From NCBI GenBank assembly GCA_021791515.1, contig JAJYWK010000012.1, forward strand, positions 1 through 61,203: DNA of 61,203 nucleotides, written 5' to 3'. The stretch is from a bacterium. Lineage in GTDB: Bacteria; Patescibacteriota; Doudnabacteria; UBA920. Numbering within the stretch: position 1 is the first letter of the stretch; each line of letters starts with the position of its first letter. The position numbers and the translations under genes were made by a program. The notes under the pieces are model-generated. The model was not told where the DNA came from. It did no database searches and saw only the letters and a program-made list of their open reading frames with translations. Positions 8,603 to 18,177 of the stretch are shown here, piece after piece.

Positions 8603-11158
8603 CTACAACCCTCTTTCTATCGACGGCAAAGCCTCGCTCATGTTCTCAGCTACCTCGCTCGCCTCCAAAATTTCCTCCTCCACCTCTGCCCGCGGCCGAC
8701 CGTATTTCAATCTCGACAATTGTCTAATTGCCTTGGCCGTCTCTTCGCTCCCGTTCCTAAGCAGCGGATAAGTGGCCATATTAAAAGGTTTGCTTGCCGT
8801 ACCCTGAATCATTAACTTTAAATACGCGTTATAGCGATCAACGTTCACCAAATCAAACTCATTAAAAGTTGGCTTAAACTCTTTAGCCATTATTTCACTG
8901 TCCTCCGCGCCAATTCTAAAGCACACCATAGTGCCGGCATTACCGAACACCGCGTCGCGCAAATCCTTGCTCGCCGCGCCCTGCGCGCCTGCCTGCTGTT
9001 CCAATTGCCCCAAATACTGGTGCGCCACGATTAAATTCAAGCGGTATTTCCTGGCTTCCGACAATATGGAAGAAAACGCGTCGGTAATGAAATTCTGGAA
9101 CTCATCCACATACAAATAAAAATCCGGACGCTGATCTTCTTTTACGTCAGCTCGGGACAACGCCGCCATTTGGATTTTGGAAACAATAATAAGCCCCAAA
9201 AGCTTGGCGTTAATCTCCCCCACCTTGCCCTTAGCCAAATTGATGAGGAGAATTTTCTTTTTGTCCATTACGTCCCTAAAGTCAAACGCGGATTTGGATT
9301 GCCCGACGATGTTGCGCATCATGGCGTTTTCCACAAACCGGCCGACTTTGGAAATTAGGTAACCCAGCATTTCACTCTTGTGAAAGTCTGATGTTTTTGC
9401 CATTTCCTTTTCCCAAAACAGCCTAACTACCGGATCTTTGACTTTGGCCAGTTTATATTTTTGGAACTCCGTGTCCGTAAAAATACGCGGAATGTCGGTT
9501 ATGGTGCCCGGGTGCTCCTCATCCGCCATCAGTGTGAGCATGGCATTTCTCATGTTATGCTCAAACATCGGCCCCAGCATTGCCGGATCGGTAACCAATT
9601 TGTAAAAAATCTGGATCATTTCCTGCACGGCAAAATCTTTTTGCTCTTCGCTTTTTACTTCCAGCATATTCAACCCCATGGGTCTGTCCATATCAAACGG
9701 CTCAAATAAAATTACGTCCTCGGCTCTCTCTTTAGGGATGTGGGGCAAAATATCTTCTATAAAATCGCCGTGCGGGTCAATCACGCACAAACCTTCGCCG
9801 TTTTTAATGTCCTGCACGGACATGTATTTCATAATTTCGGTTTTGCCGCTGCCGGTACGCCCGATAATATACATATGGCGGCGGCGGTCGTCGCGCTGCA
9901 TAAACACTTTGGTTTCCTGCCCGCGATAAATATTCCGCCCCAAAAGCAGACCCTCCCTGGGCAAATTCACGGGCGGCGGCGCTTTTTTGGAAACCAGCCA
10001 CTTGATGTTCGGCGTCTCAATATACGGCGTGGGCAAATGCCACAGGCTGGTCATTTCTTCGGTGTTGACGATGCTGTTGCCCTGGTCGCGAAACACGCGA
10101 AAAATATAATCTTTTAAAATATCATTCTTATCGCGCTTTTTGACGCGGATGCCGTTAAACGGCGGCATATTGTATTGCAAAAAAGATGATAATAAATTGC
10201 GCATATGCATTTGCGCGTTGCCGGGAACGGCTGATGACGTGACCAGGCGGATGTTGATTTTATATCCAGGCCGACTGGCTTTTTCCTCCAGTTTTTTTAC
10301 AATTTCCTGCTGCATTGGCGTAAGCTGGATGGGCGAAGCATATCCGGATAAATCCTTGTGCGCGTGGGAGGGCTGGAAATTTCCGCTTTTGCCGCTGCCA
10401 ATCCCGGCCATAGAACGGCCCAACGCCCGGAAAAATCCAACGAATAAACGATAAACATGGCCGCGCTCTATTAATTCCGGATTTTTGCCCTGCTGGATTT
10501 CCAAAGCCATGTGCCGCGGCCTGCCCTGCCAAGTGGTGCCGGCCGGGCTGATTACATATTGAATAACCGCGCCTTCATTTTCCTGCAACTTGCTCATGGC
10601 GTTAGTGAGCGCGTTTAAAGGGTCTGTCTCCGTGGTTTTATAAGTGCGGAACGGATAAACATACTGCTTGGTTAACTGCAATTCTTCCACCTCAATTTGC
10701 CCGCCTTTTTGAAACGGATTATAACCCTTCACCTGTTCAATAAACGCGTGCGGGTACTGCGCCTGGATTTGCTTTTCCACCAACTGCTGCAGGTGCTTTG
10801 GACAATTAACAAAAAAACTTACCTTTTTATCCGTGCAAACTATTTCAAAACTGTAATAATCTTTACCCAATAACCAACCGCGGGACTCGCCGCTTTCAGA
10901 CAGCGTGGCAAACAGCTGTTCGCCCACGGCTATCATTAACTTTTTTTCTTCCTCGGTCTTGGGCCTTTGGTCTTCATTTTCTTTTGCGCTCTCTTTGGGC
11001 ATCATAATTTCCAAAAACACCCAATCTTTGATTCTAGGGATTACGTGTTTGGTGTGGTAAACATGGCGCTTGTAAAAATAAAAAAAGACCGTCGCAAAAA
11101 CGACGATCAATCCAATCAAAACCAGTACCGCAATATTAATTGTGCTTAACTCAAACAT
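8603..11158 (-). CDS. VirD4/TraD-like (FtsK/HerA superfamily) membrane-anchored ATPase
   Basis: N-terminal TM, Walker A GRTGSGKT, Walker B-like FYLYVDEFQNF. Family assignment is by motif only. Confidence 0.7.
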   Translation of the reverse strand: MFELSTINIAVLVLIGLIVVFATVFFYFYKRHVYHTKHVIPRIKDWVFLEIMMPKESAKENEDQRPKTEEEKKLMIAVGEQLFATLSESGESRGWLLGKDYYSFEIVCTDKKVSFFVNCPKHLQQLVEKQIQAQYPHAFIEQVKGYNPFQKGGQIEVEELQLTKQYVYPFRTYKTTETDPLNALTNAMSKLQENEGAVIQYVISPAGTTWQGRPRHMALEIQQGKNPELIERGHVYRLFVGFFRALGRSMAGIGSGKSGNFQPSHAHKDLSGYASPIQLTPMQQEIVKKLEEKASRPGYKINIRLVTSSAVPGNAQMHMRNLLSSFLQYNMPPFNGIRVKKRDKNDILKDYIFRVFRDQGNSIVNTEEMTSLWHLPTPYIETPNIKWLVSKKAPPPVNLPREGLLLGRNIYRGQETKVFMQRDDRRRHMYIIGRTGSGKTEIMKYMSVQDIKNGEGLCVIDPHGDFIEDILPHIPKERAEDVILFEPFDMDRPMGLNMLEVKSEEQKDFAVQEMIQIFYKLVTDPAMLGPMFEHNMRNAMLTLMADEEHPGTITDIPRIFTDTEFQKYKLAKVKDPVVRLFWEKEMAKTSDFHKSEMLGYLISKVGRFVENAMMRNIVGQSKSAFDFRDVMDKKKILLINLAKGKVGEINAKLLGLIIVSKIQMAALSRADVKEDQRPDFYLYVDEFQNFITDAFSSILSEARKYRLNLIVAHQYLGQLEQQAGAQGAASKDLRDAVFGNAGTMVCFRIGAEDSEIMAKEFKPTFNEFDLVNVDRYNAYLKLMIQGTASKPFNMATYPLLRNGSEETAKAIRQLSRLKYGRPRAEVEEEILEASEVAENMSEALPSIERGL

Positions 11159-11183
11159 TTTCTATTTTTATTTTAAAATTTTT

Positions 11184-11567
11184 TTAAACTTCCTGTCTTC
11201 CTGGGGCCGTAGCTTCATTTAAAAGATCCACAAACTCGGCGGCGTCATGTGCTGTAAGTGGAATATCCCCTTGCATAATTTTTAAGGCCTGATCCAAAAT
11301 CAGATAATATTTCTGTCCGGCAGAATCTGAATTTATTTGCGCCGTAAATTCCGGACTTTTTGTGCCTAAAGGCCCTTTTATAATGTTAGCGGGCTCGCTG
11401 CTATCAAGTTTGCTTCTGCCAACGTCGGATTGCCCTAAAACTTCCTTTCTAGCCAACTCTAAAGCAGCCAAAGCCCTTTTATCGCCTTTTTTTACAAGTG
11501 CCGCAACCTCTTCGGCTGTCTTAGGAATGTCTTGATTGCCAGGTACTAACTCTGATTTTGTAACCAT
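11184..11567 (-). CDS. Hypothetical protein (127 aa)
   Basis: ORF only. Confidence 0.45.
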   Translation of the reverse strand: MVTKSELVPGNQDIPKTAEEVAALVKKGDKRALAALELARKEVLGQSDVGRSKLDSSEPANIIKGPLGTKSPEFTAQINSDSAGQKYYLILDQALKIMQGDIPLTAHDAAEFVDLLNEATAPGRQEV

Positions 11568-11698
11568 AAATATACTATATTATAACATATTTAACTTACA
11601 ATTTTACATTTTTCCAGCATTTTTGTCAACCACCCTAGGTTCTAGAAGAGGTGTCCCCTCTTCCAGTTTGATTTTATGGTATAATAAATAAAATACTT

Positions 11699-12064
11699 CT
11701 AAATTTTGCCTTCTTTTGCCCATTTTTCTTCCAACTTCCTTATCCCATCTTCATCAAAGCCAAAATGGTGGCCGATTTCATGCCAGACCACACGGCGCAC
11801 CAGCGCGGGAATTTTATCTTCCGATCCAGCAAAGCGCTCAATCGTGCCTTTGTAAATCGTAATCTTATCCGGCAATACGGGATTCATGCCGTAACTGGAA
11901 CCTCGCTTTAATTGCGACACGCCGTGATACAAGCCGAACAAGGAATTATTCGGTGATTCCCCGGGCTCCATCACAATTTCCACGTTGCTTAGTTTATTCT
12001 TGATGGTGTCCGGCAACGCTTCAACTGCTAAGGTTATTAAATTTTCGAATTCCTTATTATCCAT
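11699..12064 (-). CDS. Zincin-like metallopeptidase family protein
   Basis: VVWHEIGHHFGFDEDG (HExxH) in a ~120-aa protein. Confidence 0.75.
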   Translation of the reverse strand: MDNKEFENLITLAVEALPDTIKNKLSNVEIVMEPGESPNNSLFGLYHGVSQLKRGSSYGMNPVLPDKITIYKGTIERFAGSEDKIPALVRRVVWHEIGHHFGFDEDGIRKLEEKWAKEGKI

Positions 12065-12530
12065 TTTGCGTTTTTAAAACCTCTTTTAGCTTATCTGCAT
12101 AAGGCTTTCTCTCTGCTTCTGTTGTCCAATACGCGTCGTGATGATTGATATAAAAATTATCATCTGCATACCGGGGATAAACGTGCAAATGATAATGTCA
12201 GACATCCTGATTCCCTGCGGGTTCGTTGTGTTGTCTCGTGGAAACCCCGTCACATTTATAGCTTTTTTTCAAAACAATCGCCACTTTTTTTGAAGCATCA
12301 AAAATAGCATGGCCATATTCTTCTGGCAAATCGTAAATATTTTTAAAATGCACATTCGGAATAATTATTACATGGCCTGGATTTGACCTCCACCATTTTG
12401 GAGAAATATAAACCGTAATATTTTTATCCCTAAAAATGACACTGCTTTCCAAATTCCCTCTTTCTGTTGTTTCGCCATTGGCTACTTGGCACAAAGGACA
12501 AATATATTTTTCTGGTTGATGATTATACAT
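12057..12530 (-). pseudogene. HIT-family hydrolase interrupted by an in-frame TGA
   Basis: The ORF ends ...NEPAGNQDV at TGA 12198-12200. The same frame continues HYHLHVYPRYADDNFYINHH...KTQNG to TAA 12057-12059, so the HxHxH triad lies after the stop. Confidence 0.7.
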
Positions 12531-12626
12531 AAATAAAAATTTAAAACCTGCCACCGCCAGCTGGCGGTATTATGGCAGGTTTTTATACTAAATACCAGAT
12601 ACAAAATACAAGATACAAGATACTAT

Positions 12627-13916
12627 CTAAAAGCCTTCATAATCATGCATAGTAAGCTGGGCTTCTATCTTTTTGATTACCTCGATGACGACCGAAACAA
12701 CAATCAACAACGAGGTGCCGCCGAATGTCAGCGAGGTAGTACCGGTGAAGTTTTGCAAAGTTAAAGGCAAAATCGCAATTACAGCCAAAAAGAACGCGCC
12801 GGCCAAAGTGATGCGGTTTAGCACCATGCTCAAAAAATCCGCAGTCTGTCCGCCCGGCCTAAGTCCCGGTACAAAGCCGCCGTTTTTTTGCACGTTTTCC
12901 GCAATTTCAGTCGGGTTAAATACTACAGCGGTATAAAAATAAGTAAACGCCATTACCAAAATAAAATAGGTAATGCCATAAAACATCCCCTGCGAATTGA
13001 ACAGCGCAATGGTTTTACTGGCCAGGCTCGCTATCACATGGGTCTTGGCCGTAACAAAAAACTGCGCAATCATGGCCGGAAAAAGCATAACAGAAATGGC
13101 AAAAATAATCGGGATTACGCCGGCCTGGTTAAGACGCAAAGGCAGGTGAGTGTTTACCCCGCCGAATAATTTGTTGCCCCGAACGCGCTTGGCATAGGCT
13201 ATTGGAATATTGCGCTGGGCCTCCGTAACCAAAACTACGCCGGCAATAACAATCAAAATTACCGCGATAAAAGCCAGGACTAAAGGCAGTTTGGTTGGGT
13301 CATACCAGCTCTTTAAAAAACCAATGTTTGCCGGCAGTCTGGAAACAATTCCGGCAAAAATAATCAGCGACACTCCATTACCCACGTCAAATTCGGAAAT
13401 AATTTCGCCTAGCCACATTGTTAACAATGTACCGGTGGTAACAGAAAGTAAAACCAAAAACCACTGAAACGGTGAAAACACGCCGAGCAGGGATGCCCCG
13501 CCCTGGCTGGCCAACAGGCGAATGGTGCCAAAAGCCTGCAAGGGAGCCAAAACAATCGTCATGTAGCGGGTATACTGGTTAATTTGCGCCCGGCCCGCCT
13601 CGCCGCCTTCCTTTTGCATTTCCGCCAAGGACGGAATTACAATGGTGAGCAGTTGCATAATAATAGAAGCGGTAATATAAGGTCCGACGCCTAACATGGC
13701 AATGGAAAAGTTGGTCAATCCCCCGCCGGAAAAAATATCCAACAAGTTAAAAAACTGGCTTTGTTGGAAATAATTTTTTAAATTCTGTACGTCAATGCCG
13801 GCTATTGGCACGTGAGCCAAAATTCTGGTCACAAACAAAAGACCCACCACAATTAAAATTTTATTGCGCAGGTCCTTAGTTTTCCAAATGAGAGCTAATT
13901 TATTCATAAGGTTCAT
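12627..13916 (-). CDS. secY: Preprotein translocase subunit SecY
   Basis: Multi-TM protein in the conserved position after rplO. Start set at MNLMNKLALIW; the upstream codons of the tracked ORF lie in a catgaagc-type repeat. Start is uncertain by a few codons. Confidence 0.9.
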   Translation of the reverse strand: MNLMNKLALIWKTKDLRNKILIVVGLLFVTRILAHVPIAGIDVQNLKNYFQQSQFFNLLDIFSGGGLTNFSIAMLGVGPYITASIIMQLLTIVIPSLAEMQKEGGEAGRAQINQYTRYMTIVLAPLQAFGTIRLLASQGGASLLGVFSPFQWFLVLLSVTTGTLLTMWLGEIISEFDVGNGVSLIIFAGIVSRLPANIGFLKSWYDPTKLPLVLAFIAVILIVIAGVVLVTEAQRNIPIAYAKRVRGNKLFGGVNTHLPLRLNQAGVIPIIFAISVMLFPAMIAQFFVTAKTHVIASLASKTIALFNSQGMFYGITYFILVMAFTYFYTAVVFNPTEIAENVQKNGGFVPGLRPGGQTADFLSMVLNRITLAGAFFLAVIAILPLTLQNFTGTTSLTFGGTSLLIVVSVVIEVIKKIEAQLTMHDYEGF

Positions 13917-13978
13917 GAAGCATGAAGTTTGAAACATAAAGCATCACGTAAAGTATGCTTCATGTTTTATGCTTCATG

Positions 13979-14413
13979 TTACATAATCTTCCCGCCAGCT
14001 TTTTCTACAGCCAGCTTTACACTGGCCGACACGGGCAATTTGATGTTTAATTTCTTGGCAATTTCGCCGCCTAAAATTTTAACTTTCACGGTATTGATAT
14101 CCACCAGCTTTTTAGCTTTAAGCGCGGCCAAATTTACAGTAGCATTGTCTTCAAATACAGCTAATCTGCTTAAAGAGATCGCTACCGGTTTGTCGCTTAA
14201 AGCCCTAAAACCCCGGGATTTCGGCAATTGGCGAATAAGCGGCTGGCGGCCACCTTCAAATCGTGCGGGCATTTTGCTGTGGCCGGTACGCTTAGTCTGG
14301 CCTTTATTGCCGCGCGTGCTGTAAGTACCCTTGCCACTACCCAAACCACGGCCGACAACTTTGCGGCGATGGGTGGATAATGGATTCTTTTTTAACTGAT
14401 GTAATTTTAACAT
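13979..14413 (-). CDS. rplO: 50S ribosomal protein L15
   Basis: GRGLGSGKGTYSTRGNKGQ; operon position. Confidence 0.93.
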   Translation of the reverse strand: MLKLHQLKKNPLSTHRRKVVGRGLGSGKGTYSTRGNKGQTKRTGHSKMPARFEGGRQPLIRQLPKSRGFRALSDKPVAISLSRLAVFEDNATVNLAALKAKKLVDINTVKVKILGGEIAKKLNIKLPVSASVKLAVEKAGGKIM

Positions 14414-14642
14414 AAATAGTTTATTCCTTATTGGGTTCCCCTCTCCAATTCCTGGAGAGGGGTCAGGGGAGAGGTTAAATACTTAGGATTCAAACCTCTC
14501 TGCCCAGCTCCACTTTCCAGTAATTATTCATTGGGGGGCAATAATTTGTTAACGTTTGATAATTATCTGCCTCAAATGATTAACTCTCAGAAAGCGGGGC
14601 TGGACATCTCCCCAAGCTTTGGGGAGAAAAATATTGAATTAT
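14414..14642 (-). repeat. Intercistronic mosaic hairpin element, long form (class I)
   Basis: Fills the rpsE-stop to rplO-start gap exactly; near-identical to 15144-15370 and 15749-15982. Confidence 0.95.
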
Positions 14643-15143
14643 CTATTTCCGCATTCTACCTAATTCTTCCTTGCTTTTCATCTTCTTAAAAGCCGCGAAA
14701 ACCGCTTTTACGTTATTAACTTTATTATTAGAGCCAAGCATTTTTGAAACCACGTTCTTTACGCCGGAAAGTTCCATAACACTGCGCACCGCGCCGCCGG
14801 CAATCACGCCGGTACCGGGCTTGGCCGGCTTTAGCATTAGAGAAGAAGATTTATACTTAATATTCAATCCATGCGGGATGGTTTGGTTAACCAAAGGTAA
14901 AACAATCAAATTCTTTTTGGCCGCGTTTACTGCTTTATTGACGCTCTCGGAGACATCCGCGCCTTTTTTCAGGCCCATGCCGACTTTGCCTTTGCGATCC
15001 CCGATTACGACCAAAGCGCGAAAGCGCATTCTTTTTCCGCCAGCCACCACGCGGGTGACACGCTTAACTTCCACGACTTTTTGGTCAAACTCGCTTCTTT
15101 CGCGTTCGCCTTCCCTGTTAGATTGTCTTCGTCTTTTTTCCAT
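14643..15143 (-). CDS. rpsE: 30S ribosomal protein S5
   Basis: VTRVVAGGKRMRFRALVVIGD. Confidence 0.93.
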   Translation of the reverse strand: MEKRRRQSNREGERERSEFDQKVVEVKRVTRVVAGGKRMRFRALVVIGDRKGKVGMGLKKGADVSESVNKAVNAAKKNLIVLPLVNQTIPHGLNIKYKSSSLMLKPAKPGTGVIAGGAVRSVMELSGVKNVVSKMLGSNNKVNNVKAVFAAFKKMKSKEELGRMRK

Positions 15144-15370
15144 AAAAATATTTTATTCCTTATTGGGTTCCCCTCTCCAATTCCTGGAGAGGGGTCAGGG
15201 GAGAGGTTAAATACTTAGGATTCAAACCTCTCTGCCCAGCTCCACTTTCCAGTAATTATTCATTGGGGGGCAATAATTTGTTAACGTTTGATAATTATCT
15301 GCCTCAAATGATTAACTCTCAGAAAGTGGGGCTGGACATCTCCCCAAGCTTTGGGGAGAAAAATATTGAA
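15144..15370 (-). repeat. Intercistronic mosaic hairpin element, long form (class I)
   Basis: Fills the rplR-stop to rpsE-start gap. Confidence 0.95.
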
Positions 15371-15748
15371 TTAAAAATCTAACCCACCCTCCCTTGCTCC
15401 TTCTGCCAATGCCTTTATTCTACCATGATAAGCAAAACCGCCGCGGTCAAATTTAACTGCCTTAACATTTTTTGACAAAGCTTTGCTCGCCACCAATTTT
15501 CCAACTTCTTTGGCTAAATCCGACTTCTTAGCTTTTCCGCCGGAGGCGGATCCGCCTTTGGCGGAAACTTCTTTGCTGGATGCCGCCAAAAGAGTCTTGC
15601 CAACAGAATCATCTATAACTTGAGCGTAAATATGGCGGTTGGCTTTGAATATCGAAAGGCGCGGCCTTGCGGTCGTACCGGCAATCCTGCTTCTTACCCG
15701 GCCGTGCCTTAAACTTCGCTTATTCCTTTTTTGCTGTTGCTTGTTCAT
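15371..15748 (-). CDS. rplR: 50S ribosomal protein L18
   Basis: [20 protein letters not shown]. Confidence 0.93.
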   Translation of the reverse strand: MNKQQQKRNKRSLRHGRVRSRIAGTTARPRLSIFKANRHIYAQVIDDSVGKTLLAASSKEVSAKGGSASGGKAKKSDLAKEVGKLVASKALSKNVKAVKFDRGGFAYHGRIKALAEGAREGGLDF

Positions 15749-15982
15749 AATAGTTTATTCCTTATTGGGTTCCCCTCTCCAATTCCTGGAGAGGGGTAAG
15801 GGGAGAGATTAAATACTTAGGATTCAAACCTCTCTGTCCAGCTCCACTTTCCAGTAATTATTCATTGGGGGGCAATAATTTGTTAACGTTTGATAATTAT
15901 CTGCCTCAAATGATTAACTCTCAAAAAGTGGGGCTGGACATCTCCCCAAGCTTTGGGGAGAAAAATATTGAATTTTCTATAT
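15749..15982 (-). repeat. Intercistronic mosaic hairpin element, long form (class I)
   Basis: Fills the rplF-stop to rplR-start gap. Confidence 0.95.
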
Positions 15983-16534
15983 CTATTTCCCGCCCCCAAC
16001 CACCTTAACCACCTTGCCTGCTTTTCTCAAAATCACTTCATCTGAATATTTAATACCTTTACCCTTATAAGGCTCGGGCTTTTTAAGCTCCCGAATTTCC
16101 GCGGCAAACTGGCCGACTTTCTGTTTATCCGCCCCAAAAATGCTAATGACATTCTTTTCCACGGCTACGGTCAAATCTTTAGGCACCTCAACTTCCACCG
16201 GATGCGAAAAACCCAAATGCAATGTCAATTTGCCGGGCACAGTGGCAACTTTAAATCCCACACCAATTACTTCCAGTTTCTTTTCAAAACCTTTAACCAC
16301 GCCGTCTATTTGGTTCTGGATTAAAGCTCTAAATAATCCCCACAAGGCTTTTTCTCTCTTGTTCGCTCCGCCCACAGAAACAGCAACTTCCTTGTCGGAA
16401 ATTTCAACCTTAATTTTTGGATGCAAAGCCAAATGCAAAGTACCTTTAGGGCCGGTAACCACCAACTCTAAGTCTTTCTTTTCTACTTTTACCCCGGAAG
16501 GGATAATTACAGGTTTTTTTCCGATTCTAGACAT
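15983..16534 (-). CDS. rplF: 50S ribosomal protein L6
   Basis: MSRIGKKPVIIPSGVKV. Confidence 0.93.
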   Translation of the reverse strand: MSRIGKKPVIIPSGVKVEKKDLELVVTGPKGTLHLALHPKIKVEISDKEVAVSVGGANKREKALWGLFRALIQNQIDGVVKGFEKKLEVIGVGFKVATVPGKLTLHLGFSHPVEVEVPKDLTVAVEKNVISIFGADKQKVGQFAAEIRELKKPEPYKGKGIKYSDEVILRKAGKVVKVVGGGK

Positions 16535-16696
16535 AATATTTTATTCCTTGTTCTCCCCCTCCCCAAGACATGGGGAGGGAAATTCCACCGAAGGTGGAAT
16601 GGGGAGAGGTTGGTGATTCTTTTCAAACCTCTCTGCCCTCGCTTCGCTCGGGCATCTCCCCAAGCTTTGGGGAGAAAAATAATGAATTTTCTATAT
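16535..16696 (-). repeat. Intercistronic mosaic hairpin element, short form (class III)
   Basis: Same terminal modules. The AT-rich loop is replaced by the GCCCTCGCTTCGCTCGGGC hairpin. Confidence 0.9.
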
Positions 16697-17089
16697 TTAC
16701 CACACCTGGCAAACCACTTCTCCGCCGACCTTGGCTTTACGAGCTTCCCTGTCTGTCATAAGTCCCCGCGAAGTAGAAACAACCGTCAGCCCAAGCCCGC
16801 TGTTGGTTCTGGGCAATTTGTCCACCGGCAAATAAATTCTTTGACCCGGAGTACTTACACGCTTAATACCCGCAATTACCGGCTGGCCATCCTGTGTAAA
16901 CTTTAAACCGATCTTTAATAACTTAGGCTGGCCGCTTACTTCCTTTACATCTTTAACAAAACCTTCTTTCAACAAAACCTGAGCCAAATTAGCCTTGAAT
17001 TTGGAGTACGGCAAAATCAGCTCGGCTTTTTGAGCCATGCTTGCGTTACGGATTCTGGTTAACATGTCGGCGATTGGGTCTGTGAACAT
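16697..17089 (-). CDS. rpsH: 30S ribosomal protein S8
   Basis: MFTDPIADMLTRIRNA. Confidence 0.93.
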   Translation of the reverse strand: MFTDPIADMLTRIRNASMAQKAELILPYSKFKANLAQVLLKEGFVKDVKEVSGQPKLLKIGLKFTQDGQPVIAGIKRVSTPGQRIYLPVDKLPRTNSGLGLTVVSTSRGLMTDREARKAKVGGEVVCQVW

Positions 17090-17170
17090 AAGTTATTTTA
17101 GATTTATGATTTAAGATTTTAGATTTAACTGCAGCCAATCTGCAATCTACAATCTAAAATCTGCAATTAT

Positions 17171-17365
17171 TTACCACGAAGCTTTTACAATTCCAGGTAT
17201 CTCTCCCTTGCTGGCTAATTCTCTAAAGCAGATTCTGCACATGTCAAAATCTCTCATATAACCGGCTTTGCGGCCGCATTTCCAGCAGCGCCTCACAACC
17301 CGAGTCTGATACTTGGGTTTAGTTCTGCTTCTTAAAGATTTTGCAATTTGTGCTTGTGTAGCCAT
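17171..17365 (-). CDS. rpsN: 30S ribosomal protein S14, zinc-binding type Z (64 aa)
   Basis: MATQAQIAKS...CWKCGRKAGYMRDFDMCRICFRE. Start moved to the internal ATG; the upstream 23 codons of the tracked ORF are repeat sequence. Confidence 0.9.
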   Translation of the reverse strand: MATQAQIAKSLRSRTKPKYQTRVVRRCWKCGRKAGYMRDFDMCRICFRELASKGEIPGIVKASW

Positions 17366-17637
17366 ATATAGCTTATTCCTTATAGTCTCCCTCTCCAATT
17401 TCCGCCAGAGGCGGATCTGCCTTAGGCATGACATGGAGAGGGAAATTTCGCGTTAGCGAAATGGGGAGAGGTTAAATCCTTGGGTTCAAACCTCTCTGTC
17501 CAGCTCCACTTTCTATCGGTTATTTATCTTCTTATTAACAATCTTTCCTAATGATGATTATTAACCTCTATTCTATAACCTTCAGAAAGTGGGACTGGAC
17601 ATCTCCCCATGCTTTGGGGAGAAAAATATTGAATGGT
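17366..17637 (-). repeat. Intercistronic mosaic hairpin element, long form (class II)
   Basis: Fills the rplE-stop to rpsN-start gap. Carries an extra CCGCCAGAGGCGG module. Confidence 0.95.
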
Positions 17638-18177
17638 CTATTTCTTAAACGGAAAATTCATTAATCTTAAAAGTTCTCTAACCGGTTCGTCCTGGCCGGC
17701 GTTTGTGACAATTGATACTTCCAAGCCGAAAATATTTTCCAGACTTTCCGAGGAAATTTCCGGGAAAACCAACTGCTCCTTTAAACCCAAATGATAGTTA
17801 CCCCGGCCGTCAAAACCGTCTTTCTTTACGCCCTGGAAATCTCGCACTCTGGGCAACGCAGTGTTAATCAACTTGTCTAAAAAACTATACATTCTAAAAC
17901 CGCGCAAAGTGCAAACAACGCCCACTAACTGATTTTCTCTTACTTTAAAACCGGAAATAGATTTTTTAGCCTTGGTTTTCACCGGCGCCTGGCCGGTTAT
18001 CTTCTTTATATCCTCGGCCACTGCTTCCACTTTTTTCTTATCTTCTTTAATCTTTCCCACGCCAACATTTACAACAATTTTCACGATTTTAGGCACCTGC
18101 ATGACATTCTTAAAACCGAACTTCTGTTTTAAAGCCGGAACAATCTCTTTATTATATTTTTCCTGTAATCTTTCCAT
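17638..18177 (-). CDS. rplE: 50S ribosomal protein L5
   Basis: MERLQEKYNKEIVPALKQKFGFKNVMQVPKI. Start at the internal ATG. Confidence 0.92.
   Translation of the reverse strand: MERLQEKYNKEIVPALKQKFGFKNVMQVPKIVKIVVNVGVGKIKEDKKKVEAVAEDIKKITGQAPVKTKAKKSISGFKVRENQLVGVVCTLRGFRMYSFLDKLINTALPRVRDFQGVKKDGFDGRGNYHLGLKEQLVFPEISSESLENIFGLEVSIVTNAGQDEPVRELLRLMNFPFKK

Noticed and set aside
12198-12200. Genome-wide UGA reassignment (code 4 or 25) or selenocysteine as the explanation for the in-frame TGA in the HIT gene
   Set aside because: dnaX and maf, and by own translation the 55-aa Cys-rich ORF, end at TGA at sensible positions. All other long conserved genes are intact under the standard code. The position is not a Cys-type site, and no SECIS-like hairpin was obvious. 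An isolated mutation, error or read-through is more likely.
14671-15210. Long antisense ORFs opposite ribosomal and other genes (for example 14671-15210, 16140-16616, 20716-21297, 21422-21904, 24591-25019)
   Set aside because: They are mirror ORFs of highly expressed genes with low-complexity Ser/Leu/Phe/Pro-rich composition, no translation signals and no recognisable motifs.
17366-17434. N-terminal extensions of tracked ORFs. These are [23 protein letters not shown] before rpsN, MERETIRNKLY before rplE (18178-18210) and MERERIRNKLY before rpsC (21207-21239), plus 39 codons before rplB (23264-23380) and extensions before rplD (24546-24599), secY and the site-2 protease.
   Set aside because: The extra codons are translations of the repeat cassettes, which contain an in-frame ATG 33 nt upstream. 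The canonical ribosomal-protein N-termini begin at the internal ATG, which is preceded by the AAGGAA box.
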